A stretch of DNA of 54,881 nt. It comes from an uncultured virus (IMG/VR IMGVR_UViG_3300006754_000008). Taxonomy: Duplodnaviria > Heunggongvirae > Uroviricota > Caudoviricetes. The stretch lies in the IMG/VR virus record IMGVR_UViG_3300006754_000008; one strand, written 5' to 3'. The notes under the pieces are model-generated. The model was not told where the DNA came from, did no database searches, and worked only from the letters and a program-made list of their open reading frames with translations. A program made the position numbers and the translations under genes. Each line of letters begins with the position of its first letter. Positions within the stretch are counted from its first letter, which is position 1. Below are positions 1 to 9,969 of the stretch, one piece after another.

Positions 1-102
1 AGGTATATTTACATTACAAGAAAAATTAGAAAAAACGAGACTCGATAGCTTTGGTAGAATTAATTCATTTCTTAAGAAAATTGTTTAAAAGGAGATACGA
101 AA

Positions 103-1101
103 ATGTCAGAACATAATGATTATACACCAGCCCCACATTGGTCCGGTCACACTTCATTTAAAAGCGCAAGAGCAGCATATAATTCTAATGCTAGCAGAAG
201 CTATTCTAAAGCAAAGAGTAGTGGCAAAACTACAAAAGATTTAGTCCTGCCATCAATTAAAACCGAAGCAAAGACTCCTATTGTGATCTTAGTAGATGTT
301 ACTGGATCAATGGGCGCTTGGCCAGCTACTATGTTTAGTAAATTGCCTTATCTAGAACATGAGGCGAAAGAGTATTTTGGTGATGATATTGAGTTTGCTT
401 GGGGTGCTGTTGGCGATTACCAATATGATTCATATTGGTTTCAGGTTCAACCCTTTTCCAAAGAGGCAGAAATTAAGGATACTCTAGGAAAAATTGTTGT
501 AGAAGGTGGTGGTGGTGGAGATGTTCAAGAAAGTTATGCTCATGGTGCTTTATATTGTGCTCGCAATATTGAAATGTCTAATGCAGTTAATCCTATTCTG
601 ATTATGATTGGTGATGAGGGATTTCATGATCGTATTAGCAAAGAAGATGCTAAAACAATGCATGTAGATATTGAAGGAAGATCCATTAGGGCAAAGGAAG
701 TTTTTGAAGAATTACATAGAAAATTTTCTACATATCTCATTCGTAAGCCATATCACGGCAATTCTTTTCCAGACGATCTTAGTGAGATGTCCATTGGTGA
801 AAAGCGCATTGAAGAACAATGGCTAGATGTTTTTAGTGAGGATCGTATTATTAGATTACCAAATGCAGAAAGAGTTGTTGATTCAATCTTTGGCATTTTT
901 GCTAAGGAAACTGGAAGATTTGATTATTTCAAGGAGGAGCTTGAGGATCGTCAAAGGCCAGATCAAGTAGATACTGTTTTCAAATCACTAAAGACTGTCC
1001 ACATGGATGAACTTGGTGATGGTAGCCCAAAACTATTAAAGTCAGGTAATTCTAAAATACATGGCATGACTAAGGGCAAGAAAACTAAGCCCCTGATGTA
1101 A
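103..1101 (+). CDS. vWA (MIDAS) domain protein
   Basis: DVTGSM MIDAS motif, GGGGGD..ESY and IGDE motifs; GGAG RBS upstream. Confidence 0.8.
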   Translation: MSEHNDYTPAPHWSGHTSFKSARAAYNSNASRSYSKAKSSGKTTKDLVLPSIKTEAKTPIVILVDVTGSMGAWPATMFSKLPYLEHEAKEYFGDDIEFAWGAVGDYQYDSYWFQVQPFSKEAEIKDTLGKIVVEGGGGGDVQESYAHGALYCARNIEMSNAVNPILIMIGDEGFHDRISKEDAKTMHVDIEGRSIRAKEVFEELHRKFSTYLIRKPYHGNSFPDDLSEMSIGEKRIEEQWLDVFSEDRIIRLPNAERVVDSIFGIFAKETGRFDYFKEELEDRQRPDQVDTVFKSLKTVHMDELGDGSPKLLKSGNSKIHGMTKGKKTKPLM

Positions 1102-1110
1102 GGATATAAA

Positions 1111-2118
1111 ATGAAAGATCTTAATCTTTTTGTTACTCTTTGGCCGAGTTTTTCACACTTTAATGAATTTTCCAAGGACAATCGCTTAAGTGGTATTAGA
1201 TTAAATTCAGCTATGGTTAAAGGACCAGAGCTAAAGAAAGAATTTGAGATTGCCAAGAAATCAGGAGCATCAGTTCCTCTCTATTTTGATATCAAGGGTA
1301 GACAGCTCCGAGTTGTAGAATCTATCATGGATCCAGATAAAGGAATGCAGTTGATTCTTAATCATTCAATATATGTTAAAACTCCTTGTCCTGTCTTATT
1401 TAAGGCAGGAGAGGATTCTGCTTTGTTGGTTGATATTAAAGATGATGGTCATCGTCTGATATTTGACCCTAGACCGGGCGCTCCGAAGTTTTCTATTAGA
1501 GAGGGTGAATCATTACATATTAGAGAACCAAGTTTGAAAGTCACAGGCCCAACCTTTTTGGGCTTTGAAAAAAGAAAAATAGAAGTTGCCAAACAGTTTG
1601 GTTTTACAAAGTTTTTTATTTCATATGTTCAAACTCAAAAAGATGTTGATGAATTTAGAGAATTAGTTGGGAGAGATTCTGAAATATATCTAAAAATTGA
1701 GGATGATAAGGGTTTACATTATATAGAAACTGAATATAAAAAAGAAGAGAATGTTAAACTCTGTGCCGCTATGGGAGATTTATATGTTGAAGTTCTACAT
1801 CCACATAATATCTTAGAAGCAGTAAGAGTAGTTATTAAACATGATCCAGAAGCTATGGTTGCATCAAGAATGATGCTTACAGCGATGACTCAACCAGTGC
1901 CTGATGCTAATGATTTTATGCAATTAGCATGGCTTTATGATCAAGGCTTTCGCACTATGATGTTATGCGATGGTCTTTGTCTTAAAGGTGAGTTATTAGA
2001 TGCTGCTGTCGAAGCAATGGACGCTTTTAAAGAATCTTACGCAAAAGACGAAAGATTAGCAATAAGGGCTGTTGCTAAAGAAGAAAGTCAAACATGGTTC
2101 CGCAAACTTTTCGGTTAA
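1111..2118 (+). CDS. Pyruvate kinase-like barrel protein (no C-terminal domain)
   Basis: IRLN, DIKGRQLR, KIE, MGDLYVEV, ASRMM and MLCD align with pyruvate kinase barrel motifs. Confidence 0.7.
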   Translation: MKDLNLFVTLWPSFSHFNEFSKDNRLSGIRLNSAMVKGPELKKEFEIAKKSGASVPLYFDIKGRQLRVVESIMDPDKGMQLILNHSIYVKTPCPVLFKAGEDSALLVDIKDDGHRLIFDPRPGAPKFSIREGESLHIREPSLKVTGPTFLGFEKRKIEVAKQFGFTKFFISYVQTQKDVDEFRELVGRDSEIYLKIEDDKGLHYIETEYKKEENVKLCAAMGDLYVEVLHPHNILEAVRVVIKHDPEAMVASRMMLTAMTQPVPDANDFMQLAWLYDQGFRTMMLCDGLCLKGELLDAAVEAMDAFKESYAKDERLAIRAVAKEESQTWFRKLFG

Positions 2119-2122
2119 CAAA

Positions 2123-2296
2123 ATGAAAAAATATGAAAAAGAAGAAAATGACATTGAATGTGTTTCTTGTGGTCTTATGAATGCTGTGAGATTAGAAGAG
2201 GCTACCTGTGGATGTATGGTTTGTCCGGGTTGTATTGAGGCAGAAGAGGATGGTGAGTTTGAGTATCATGTCTGTTCTGAGGACAAAGGGTATTGA
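2123..2296 (+). CDS. Small Cys-rich zinc-finger protein (RING-variant-like spacing)
   Basis: ATG 2123 just after the upstream stop; C-x2-C-x12-CGC-x2-C-x2-C-x11-H-x-C. Confidence 0.55.
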   Translation: MKKYEKEENDIECVSCGLMNAVRLEEATCGCMVCPGCIEAEEDGEFEYHVCSEDKGY

Positions 2297-2320
2297 CAAA
2301 AGTAAAACTATTAATACTAT
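2293..2320 (+). promoter_or_regulatory. Sigma70-like promoter candidate
   Basis: TTGACA-16 nt-TACTAT upstream of the 2329 ORF and tRNA genes. Confidence 0.45.
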
Positions 2321-2328
2321 AGGATATT

Positions 2329-2532
2329 ATGACAGCAAAAAATAACCGATTTCAATATCAACCTTGGTATATAAAATTATGGAGATATAGATATTATATT
2401 AAAATTCCTTTTATTGCTGGATCAATGTTTATAAAATGTAAAACACTTCGGGGACATTGTTATAGTGTTGCCAAGGGACTAATGCAAGCAAAAATGAATT
2501 GGGTTTATGATTGGGATGAAATAAAAAAATAA
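2329..2532 (+). CDS. Hypothetical protein
   Basis: AGGA RBS, co-oriented ORF. Confidence 0.6.
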   Translation: MTAKNNRFQYQPWYIKLWRYRYYIKIPFIAGSMFIKCKTLRGHCYSVAKGLMQAKMNWVYDWDEIKK

Positions 2533-2569
2533 AATAAAACATATGCTCCAGATAATTCTGGGGCATTAT

Positions 2570-2641
2570 GCGGAAGTAACTCAACGGTAGAGTTGGAGTT
2601 TTCCGAACTTCATGCTGCGGGTTCAAGTCCCGTCTTCCGCT
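2570..2641 (+). tRNA. tRNA-Gly(TCC), CCA not encoded
   Basis: GCGGAAG/CTTCCGC acceptor, GGAGT-TTTCCGA-ACTTC anticodon arm, GTTCAA T-loop, U73. Confidence 0.93.
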
Positions 2642-2947
2642 CTAACAATTTTAATAAGTTATATGATTTCTATTAATATTAACAATTGGGTGTTTCAGAC
2701 AATGCTATAAGAAATCATATAAGGAATTTAGAAAATGATAATATTAGAAAAAAACACATAAAAGGCAATTACAATTTATATTAGATAGATTGGAAAACAT
2801 AGATGAGAGGCAATTTGCTATTTTAGAATCTATGTTAAAAAAGACATACGGAAAAGATTCTAAATTAGCAAAAGAAATATCTGATTTATTTAAAATAAAT
2901 GAAGAACTTAATTATCTTATAGGGCAAATAGAGTCCAAGATAATTTA

Positions 2948-3022
2948 GCGGGAATAACTCAGTGGTAGAGTAGGACGTTGCCAACGTTCTTGTCGCGAGT
3001 TCAAATCTCGTTTCCCGCTCCA
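2948..3022 (+). tRNA. tRNA-Gly(GCC), CCA encoded
   Basis: GCGGGAA/TTCCCGC acceptor, TTGCCAA anticodon loop, T-loop, TCCA end. Confidence 0.95.
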
Positions 3023-3112
3023 ATCCTTACTTGTGCTTCTACAAGTAGATTATAATGTACTGTTACAAGTATATTGTGTTCAAAAACCTGAAAATAAAGT
3101 TAAATAAAACAA

Positions 3113-3652
3113 ATGAAAATTATAATCATAACCTATGCGCTTTTGATTTTTTTTCCACATCTTGATGATATCACAGCAAAACGATATGCAAGAAGTATTT
3201 ATGAAGAATCAGAAGTGTATAATGTGAAAGTTTCTACTATTGTTGCTAGAACATATGTAGAAAGTGGCTTTCACAATATAGTTAGTAAAAAGTTTGCCTG
3301 TAGAATTCGTACAGTTAATCGTAAAAAAGTTAAATATTGTAGACAAAGTTTTGGGCTAATGCAGCCAGAAATAACACCTAGAACGAATCCAGAGTATATT
3401 GGTAAAGAACATAAATTTATGATTCCTGAAATAAATTTTCATATAGGAACAAAGACTCTTGCTTACTGGAAGCGATGGCATAAATATAATAGGTGCAAGC
3501 ACAAACCAAAACATCCATATTGGTTACATTATAAATATGGATATGTTATCCCACCTAAAAAAAGAATCCGACCTAAAGGCGGGTGGAAAGTAACAAATTT
3601 TCAACGTAACTGGAATAGAACAATAAGGACTATTACTCATGGTTTGAAATAA
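3113..3652 (+). CDS. Lytic transglycosylase (SLT)-like protein with N-terminal hydrophobic segment
   Basis: ES.F catalytic motif, GLMQ, NFHIG.KTL. Confidence 0.7.
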   Translation: MKIIIITYALLIFFPHLDDITAKRYARSIYEESEVYNVKVSTIVARTYVESGFHNIVSKKFACRIRTVNRKKVKYCRQSFGLMQPEITPRTNPEYIGKEHKFMIPEINFHIGTKTLAYWKRWHKYNRCKHKPKHPYWLHYKYGYVIPPKKRIRPKGGWKVTNFQRNWNRTIRTITHGLK

Positions 3653-3680
3653 AATATTTACAGCGTATCATTACAAATTT

Positions 3681-3911
3681 ATGAAATCATTATCTATGAA
3701 TGATCTAATAAGTGAGCTATATCTAGATACCATATGTTTTTGTGATTTAAGAATTAATGATCTTGCTGTGTATGAAGAAGAAGGTGATAGGTATATAGTT
3801 AGAATTAAAAAAATAATTATAACATCAAATAATGTAGAATTATTTGATGAGGAATATAATAAGTTTATGGAAGGTCATCCGGGAGATACGCTATATAAAT
3901 ATGAGGTATAA
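3681..3911 (+). CDS. Hypothetical protein
   Basis: Co-oriented ORF in a dense array. Confidence 0.55.
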   Translation: MKSLSMNDLISELYLDTICFCDLRINDLAVYEEEGDRYIVRIKKIIITSNNVELFDEEYNKFMEGHPGDTLYKYEV

Positions 3912-3923
3912 TAGGACTAAAGA

Positions 3924-4766
3924 ATGATTAAAACACATGGTGAAAATGTAAGAGGCAATAATAAAAAAATAGCTGAAGAGACCATACAAATATTAAATCA
4001 AGGCTATTATGATATTCATGATGACAGATATAAAATAAAAGAGATAGTAGATTGGGCCATTAAGAATTCACAACATTTGTCACCTGATGAATTAAAAGAA
4101 TTATTCAGACAAGATTACAGATCAGACTATGATACTAATATTGTTGTTTCTAATGTAGATACATTTACAGCAGCTAGAGAATTAGAAAGACCAGTGTGTT
4201 TAAATTTTGCCTCAGGAAAGCATCCCGGTGGCGGCTTTCTAAGAGGTGCTCAGGCACAAGAAGAATGTCTCGCCAGAGCTTCTAGTTTATTTCCTACAAT
4301 TAGTCAAATGTCAGATATGTATTCTGCTCACAGAAAAAAAGGTGCTCCTTTTTATACTAGCCATATGACTTATTCGCCAGGCGTTTTAGTTTTCAGAGAT
4401 GAGCATGACAATCTAACAGATAATCCTTTTAAAGTGGCGATCATTACATCTCCTGCAACAAACATTAGAAATACTAAAAACAATACAGATGAATTTATAA
4501 AGCTAATAGAAGTTAAAATGTTAACACGAGCCGCTTATGTTCTTACTATAGCAGCTTTTTATGGTCATAAAGACTTAGTATTGGGAGCTTGGGGAAGCGG
4601 AGTCTTTGGGTTGCCGCCAGGAATGATACCAAACATTTTTAAGTATTTGTTAGATACTAGTTTTCATGGCACATTTGAAAATATAATTTTTGCTATACTT
4701 GATAGTTCAAAAGATGAAAAATATATTGGACCTTTCAAGAAGGTATTTGGAGAAATCAATTGCTAA
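3924..4766 (+). CDS. Microbial-type PARG / TIGR02452 (DUF2263) ADP-ribose glycohydrolase
   Basis: LNFAS..HPGGGFLRGAQAQEE signature and LVLGAWG.G.FG. Confidence 0.9.
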   Translation: MIKTHGENVRGNNKKIAEETIQILNQGYYDIHDDRYKIKEIVDWAIKNSQHLSPDELKELFRQDYRSDYDTNIVVSNVDTFTAARELERPVCLNFASGKHPGGGFLRGAQAQEECLARASSLFPTISQMSDMYSAHRKKGAPFYTSHMTYSPGVLVFRDEHDNLTDNPFKVAIITSPATNIRNTKNNTDEFIKLIEVKMLTRAAYVLTIAAFYGHKDLVLGAWGSGVFGLPPGMIPNIFKYLLDTSFHGTFENIIFAILDSSKDEKYIGPFKKVFGEINC

Positions 4767-5041
4767 GAAAAGGAATGATTGTCAGACTAAGAAGTAATTT
4801 AATAGAAGAGATGATGCATGTTTTTACTTCAGAAAAACAAAAGGTGTTTATTAAATATCTTTCTGAATATTTAGAAAGAGATCTTGAAATTTTAAGCATA
4901 GATAACGTACTACATTTATTAACTTTTGAAGTAATAGAGACAATGGTAATAGATACTATGAATTTTGAAACACATTATCCCGATTCTAATATGATGAGAA
5001 TAGGAGACGAAGACATTCAAGTCTTTGATATTATAGATTAA
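4760..5041 (+). CDS. Hypothetical protein
   Basis: TTG start with GGAG RBS, overlaps the upstream stop. Confidence 0.55.
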   Translation: MLRKGMIVRLRSNLIEEMMHVFTSEKQKVFIKYLSEYLERDLEILSIDNVLHLLTFEVIETMVIDTMNFETHYPDSNMMRIGDEDIQVFDIID

Positions 5042-5042
5042 A

Positions 5043-5324
5043 ATGAAAATTAATTATACATTTATAGGTAAGCCAATCCCAGATTTTTCGGTAGAAAGAT
5101 TTTTGTATGACAACTTAGATAATAAAGCAATGTTAGAAGTATCTACGGAAAATGTTATTCATCGAGCGAGAGCATTTGTACATGATAAAATCATAGATGA
5201 AATAGAAGTTTATTTTCATGGAGTATTCGTAGGTAGAACTGATTCAAGTGGCAGACTAGAAAGGTGGCCAGATGGATTCTGTGACTTTATGGATGATTCA
5301 TTAATGAGACTTCTGGACAATTAG
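5043..5324 (+). CDS. Hypothetical protein (DUF3696-like C-terminus)
   Basis: C-terminal D..GRLE.WPDGF.D. Confidence 0.6.
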   Translation: MKINYTFIGKPIPDFSVERFLYDNLDNKAMLEVSTENVIHRARAFVHDKIIDEIEVYFHGVFVGRTDSSGRLERWPDGFCDFMDDSLMRLLDN

Positions 5325-5930
5325 ATGAAAACATATCCATCAATACCTAAAGATTTCACGGAGGTCGAAGCATATATTTTTGACAAGATAGATGGATCAA
5401 ATTTAAGATTTGAGTGGACCAAGAAAAGCGGTTGGAATAAATTTGGAACTCGTCGTAGATTATTTGATGAGACAGATGTAGATTTTGGGATAGCAAAAGA
5501 GCTATTTTTAGAACATTATACACCCGACTTAGATAGGGTCATTAAAAAACGACAGTGGCAAAAAGTTACACTATTCATGGAATTTGCTGGAGAAAATTCT
5601 CTTGGCGGCTTACATGAAAATGAGCCTAAGACTTTGACTCTCATTGATGTCAATCCTTTTAAAAAAGGTATATTGCTGCCAAAAGAATTTGTGAAGTTAT
5701 TTAATCATTTAGAATTTTCTGCTCCTTTCTTAGGAATACATAAATGGAATAAAAAATTATTATCAGACGTAAGAAATAATAATTTTAACGGAGTTTCTTT
5801 TGAAGGTGTTGTGGGAAAAGCATTAATCAAAAATAGAATTGTTATGCGAAAAGCTAAAACACAAGAATGGCTTGATACAATTACAGATAGATATGATAAA
5901 GAAACCGCAAAAAAGATAATTAATAGCTGA
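5325..5930 (+). CDS. RNA ligase-like nucleotidyltransferase (Rnl2-type core)
   Basis: Motif I KIDGSN, EFAG, motif IV EGVV.K, motif V K.K. Confidence 0.75.
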   Translation: MKTYPSIPKDFTEVEAYIFDKIDGSNLRFEWTKKSGWNKFGTRRRLFDETDVDFGIAKELFLEHYTPDLDRVIKKRQWQKVTLFMEFAGENSLGGLHENEPKTLTLIDVNPFKKGILLPKEFVKLFNHLEFSAPFLGIHKWNKKLLSDVRNNNFNGVSFEGVVGKALIKNRIVMRKAKTQEWLDTITDRYDKETAKKIINS

Positions 5931-5932
5931 GG

Positions 5933-6310
5933 ATGAGAATGACAAATGAAGAGAAAGTGGTAGCATATTTGGATAAAAGTTCAATTGCTCCAGATGAGTT
6001 TAGCGTGTGGTCAGTAAGTATGAAAAAATATGTAGACGATCAATATGTAAGGGTTTTATTCGGGCATTTTCTTTCTTCATTTCAAGATGTAGTAGAGTAT
6101 GCTTTCGACAAAGATTTTAACGTCGAAACAGATCGAATAAGACAAGTTGTAATTAACGAAATACCCAAAAACTATAACCAGCAGAAGAAGGATCTAGAAA
6201 GCAGCTTGGACAAAACGAGAGCTAGGGAGTCTTTTTTGAAAGAACAATTGTGTGAACTACAGATTATTGCTTTGGATCCAAAAGAAATGAGAAAGACAGA
6301 TGAATTTTAA
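5933..6310 (+). CDS. Hypothetical protein with C-terminal coiled coil
   Basis: Co-oriented ORF, heptad-like C-terminus. Confidence 0.55.
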   Translation: MRMTNEEKVVAYLDKSSIAPDEFSVWSVSMKKYVDDQYVRVLFGHFLSSFQDVVEYAFDKDFNVETDRIRQVVINEIPKNYNQQKKDLESSLDKTRARESFLKEQLCELQIIALDPKEMRKTDEF

Positions 6311-6355
6311 TTTTTCTTTTATCATTAACTATATGATTCAAACAAAGGATTTCTC

Positions 6356-7240
6356 ATGTTATTAAAAAAATTACAATTAAAACAATTAATTAATCCGCCG
6401 CCTTGGCTCATAAAAACTACTCATTATCTATGTCAGATGGGTAGTACAGCATATGGCGTTGCAGGGGATGATTCAGATTCAGATATTTATGGTTTCTGTA
6501 TTCCTCCAAAAGAAATGATTTTTCCACATCTAAAGGGGGAAATTTTTGGCTTTGGAAGGCAAACTAAAAGGTTTGAGCAATGGCAAGAGCATCATATAAA
6601 AGATCTGTCTAATAAAAAAGAATACGATTTTGGCATTTATAATATTGTAAAATTTTTCCAATTATGTATGGATAATAATCCAAACATGGTCGATAGTTTA
6701 TTTGTGCCAGAACATTGTATACTTCATTGTAATACTATTGGCAACATTGTAAGAGAAAACAGAAAATTATTTCTTCATAAAGGATCTTGGCATAGGTTCA
6801 GAGGTTATGCTTATTCTATGTTACATAAAATGTCTATTAAGACTCCAGCACCAGGAAGCAAGCGTGAAAAGTCTATTAAGAAATATGGTTTTGATATTAA
6901 ATTTGCATATCACATTGTTCGTTTAATGTATGAGGTCGAAGAAATCCTTACGACAGGTGATCTTCATCTTGACCAAAATAGTGAAACCTTAAAAGCAATT
7001 CGAAGGGGCGAGTGGTCTCAAGAGCGAGTAGAAAAGTTTTTTGAACAAAAAGAACATGCCTTAAATGAGGCTTATGAAAAAAGCACAATCCCACATAGGC
7101 CAAATGAAGAATTAATAAAACAAGTCTTATTAAAATGTCTTGAACATCATTTCGGAAGTTTAGACAAGTGTGTTATAAATCAAGATAAATATAAAAAAGC
7201 ATTAACTGAAATTGAGCACATATGCTCTAGCATCACATAA
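6356..7240 (+). CDS. DNA polymerase beta superfamily nucleotidyltransferase (RlaP/Nuc-transf-like)
   Basis: GS.AYG....SDSD, NNPNMVD.LF, D.K.AYH..RL, IRRG. Confidence 0.85.
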   Translation: MLLKKLQLKQLINPPPWLIKTTHYLCQMGSTAYGVAGDDSDSDIYGFCIPPKEMIFPHLKGEIFGFGRQTKRFEQWQEHHIKDLSNKKEYDFGIYNIVKFFQLCMDNNPNMVDSLFVPEHCILHCNTIGNIVRENRKLFLHKGSWHRFRGYAYSMLHKMSIKTPAPGSKREKSIKKYGFDIKFAYHIVRLMYEVEEILTTGDLHLDQNSETLKAIRRGEWSQERVEKFFEQKEHALNEAYEKSTIPHRPNEELIKQVLLKCLEHHFGSLDKCVINQDKYKKALTEIEHICSSIT

Positions 7241-7249
7241 GGAGGAAGC

Positions 7250-7903
7250 ATGTTACTAATTTGTTTATTATTGATCTTAGCGTGTGTAGTTGGTTCACTT
7301 CCATTATATATAAATAATAATTCTAAAATCTTACACTTTCTTTTATCCTTAAGTGCTGGAATATTTATTGCTATAGTCTTTATACATTTAATTCCCGAAC
7401 TACCAGAGGGATTTCAGGGGCATTGGTTATTGTTAGGATTTAGTTCTATTTTATTTGTAGAAAAAGTAGTTCGAAAAGAAAACAAAAATCATACAACAAG
7501 TAGTATTACGGCTTTTGTTGGCCTTTCATTACATGCTTTTGTAACAGGTTTAGCAATGGGCGCAAGTCCAGAAATGCTTTGTGCGGTATTATCTTTACCA
7601 ATGATGATACATAAAGCTACAGAATCGATATCATTATCATCATTGCTAAATTTATCATCACTGTCGAGAAAACTATCGCTTTTATTATTAGCCATATTTG
7701 CTTTTATTACTCCACTAGGTATTATTCTTGGCCCTTATTTTTCTTCATTGGTTGGAAAGTCAATAGCATTAGAACTTGCATCAGGAACTTTTCTATATGT
7801 TGTAACAATGGATCTTATACCAGAAATTTTCTGTGACCATAAAGAATTACATGCTTTTATTTTCTTTGTAATAGGGATAACCCTAATGACTTTTATAGGA
7901 TAA
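7250..7903 (+). CDS. ZIP family metal transporter
   Basis: Multiple TM helices, HLIPE, SLH....GLA.G, HK..E, GTFLYV...DLIPE. Confidence 0.9.
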   Translation: MLLICLLLILACVVGSLPLYINNNSKILHFLLSLSAGIFIAIVFIHLIPELPEGFQGHWLLLGFSSILFVEKVVRKENKNHTTSSITAFVGLSLHAFVTGLAMGASPEMLCAVLSLPMMIHKATESISLSSLLNLSSLSRKLSLLLLAIFAFITPLGIILGPYFSSLVGKSIALELASGTFLYVVTMDLIPEIFCDHKELHAFIFFVIGITLMTFIG

Positions 7904-7907
7904 AAAA

Positions 7908-8609
7908 ATGACACAACATTTTTCTAAAGTAGGTAGTGCCGCCCAAAATAATACTTTACTTAAAGTTCACCGAGCGTCTCATAATATTAAAATATTAAAG
8001 CAAGACATAAGAGACTTTTTTAAACAAAAGCGATCTTCGCTCTTAGTAATGAAATCTATAGACTTACAGGTTATTGAAATAGTTAGTAAAGTTTCTGGAT
8101 GTTGGTGTGCTGGTGGAGCACCGTTAGCCATGTACACTGGCACAGTAAATCAAATCAGAGACTGGGATTTATTTTTCATGGGCCACGAATCTATGGAAAA
8201 AGTTCGGACTCTTTTAGAGAGAAGTGATTTTAAGCTTGCTGTTACAACAAAATATGCTTTAACTTTTGAAAAATCTGGAGTCTTTGTTCAGTTGATTCAT
8301 GGACAATTTTTCCCCAGCATAGAGGATGTTTTCTCAGTATTTGACTTTAGTGCGTCTTGTATTGCAATTGACGGCACAGATTTTTTCTATGAGAATCAAA
8401 CTTTAAAAAGCATAAGCAATAAAACTTTAGAGTTTTATGGAACTTCTAACATGCAGCATGTATTAATTAGGCTAGCAAAATATGGAGCAAAAGGATTCAA
8501 GCCTTCACAGAATTTTGGGGAAGCATTTTATGATTTTATTGAAAATAATATTCATGATATTGATTATGAGCATACTCCAATATGTGTAAAGGGAAGTTAT
8601 GTAAGTTGA
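7908..8609 (+). CDS. Nucleotidyltransferase-like protein (CCA/poly(A) polymerase-like motifs)
   Basis: AGGA...DWDLFF, VQLI, FDF....IA, RL.KY..KGF. Confidence 0.65.
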   Translation: MTQHFSKVGSAAQNNTLLKVHRASHNIKILKQDIRDFFKQKRSSLLVMKSIDLQVIEIVSKVSGCWCAGGAPLAMYTGTVNQIRDWDLFFMGHESMEKVRTLLERSDFKLAVTTKYALTFEKSGVFVQLIHGQFFPSIEDVFSVFDFSASCIAIDGTDFFYENQTLKSISNKTLEFYGTSNMQHVLIRLAKYGAKGFKPSQNFGEAFYDFIENNIHDIDYEHTPICVKGSYVS

Positions 8610-8763
8610 AATATATAATAATGATTATTAGTATGTTGTGGAATACTAATCATAATTCTAAGTTTAATGATCTCTGTATTAGATAATAATTTTTGCTCTA
8701 ATAACTTCTTATAAAATCATATATCGCGATATTTGCGGTGCGCTTATCAAAAAGGAATCTCAA

Positions 8764-9969
8764 ATGCATGAAACTAAAGGTTTGACAAATTCGGATGCGT
8801 CATTTAGAAATGGATATCCTCTTAAAAAGAAAAATGTTAAACAGATCATAAATCGAGTAACAAGTATAACTAGAGAAGTCTTAACAATATATTCTTTGGT
8901 AAAAACAAAAAATCCACTGTCTATAGGGTTAGGAGTCATATCTTCTGTTGGACTCATCTATGATAATTTAGGAATGAAAGAGGGTGTTGGGGCTTCTATG
9001 TTAAAAGAACGAGGATATAAGAATTTTCATGATATAGATGCAGATCTTATCTACTACACTATCAAACATATAGGGCTAGAAGAAGAATTCATTATCAAGG
9101 ATGAGGATGATGATTCCCGCAAAATTAGTAGATTTCTTATTAAAGATGTTGAAATTTTATTTTATCATTGTGATGGTGGAATTTACGGTCCTTTTGTGAA
9201 AGACAAGAAGGAATTTTCGCAAGCATTTTCGGGACTTGTGTTTGATAAGCTTGGTGGAATGATAAAAATAGAAGTTAAGATGGGCAATGAAAGAGAAGCG
9301 GTAAAATTTTCTCCACTTGATATTAGTACAAATATATATATCAGCACCATTGACGAATCAGAATTAATACGCAAATTACAAATGTTTAGAGATATGGGTT
9401 TCACAAGATCATTGCTTTTTCATGGTCCTCCGGGTGTAGGAAAGACAACTTTAGTTGGGAGAATGGTCGAGAAAATGGGAGGTAAATTAATCATTTTACA
9501 TCCTGACACTATTGATTGTATTGAAATGTCTCTATTATCACTTCTTAATTTATTAAATCCTGACATTATTTTATTTGATGATATAGATAGAATTCATGAA
9601 TTTAATGATATTCTTGCTTACTTGGAAGAATTAAATAGATTTAATAAGACTAACCGATTAATTATTGGAACCGTAAATGATCTATATGCTATGCCAGCGC
9701 CGATGAGAAGACCTGGCAGATTTGATCAAATTATAAAATTTGGTCCCCCTAATAAAGCTCAGATATTGGAAATTGTAAATGCCTATTCAGAAAAATTTAA
9801 TGTTAGTTTTTCTAAAGATGGAATAGGAGAAATTGTTGATGCCTGTAATCATTTGACTCCAGCATTTATACAAGAAATAGTAAAACGTAAGTTAGTTTAT
9901 TCTGAAGATGAACTCTTAGAACAGATAAAATATATGAAAGAACTCTTAAGACCAGGTGGAGAAGAATGA
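8764..9969 (+). CDS. AAA+ ATPase
   Basis: Walker A GPPGVGKT, Walker B LFDDID, SRH RRPGRFD. Confidence 0.9.
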   Translation: MHETKGLTNSDASFRNGYPLKKKNVKQIINRVTSITREVLTIYSLVKTKNPLSIGLGVISSVGLIYDNLGMKEGVGASMLKERGYKNFHDIDADLIYYTIKHIGLEEEFIIKDEDDDSRKISRFLIKDVEILFYHCDGGIYGPFVKDKKEFSQAFSGLVFDKLGGMIKIEVKMGNEREAVKFSPLDISTNIYISTIDESELIRKLQMFRDMGFTRSLLFHGPPGVGKTTLVGRMVEKMGGKLIILHPDTIDCIEMSLLSLLNLLNPDIILFDDIDRIHEFNDILAYLEELNRFNKTNRLIIGTVNDLYAMPAPMRRPGRFDQIIKFGPPNKAQILEIVNAYSEKFNVSFSKDGIGEIVDACNHLTPAFIQEIVKRKLVYSEDELLEQIKYMKELLRPGGEE

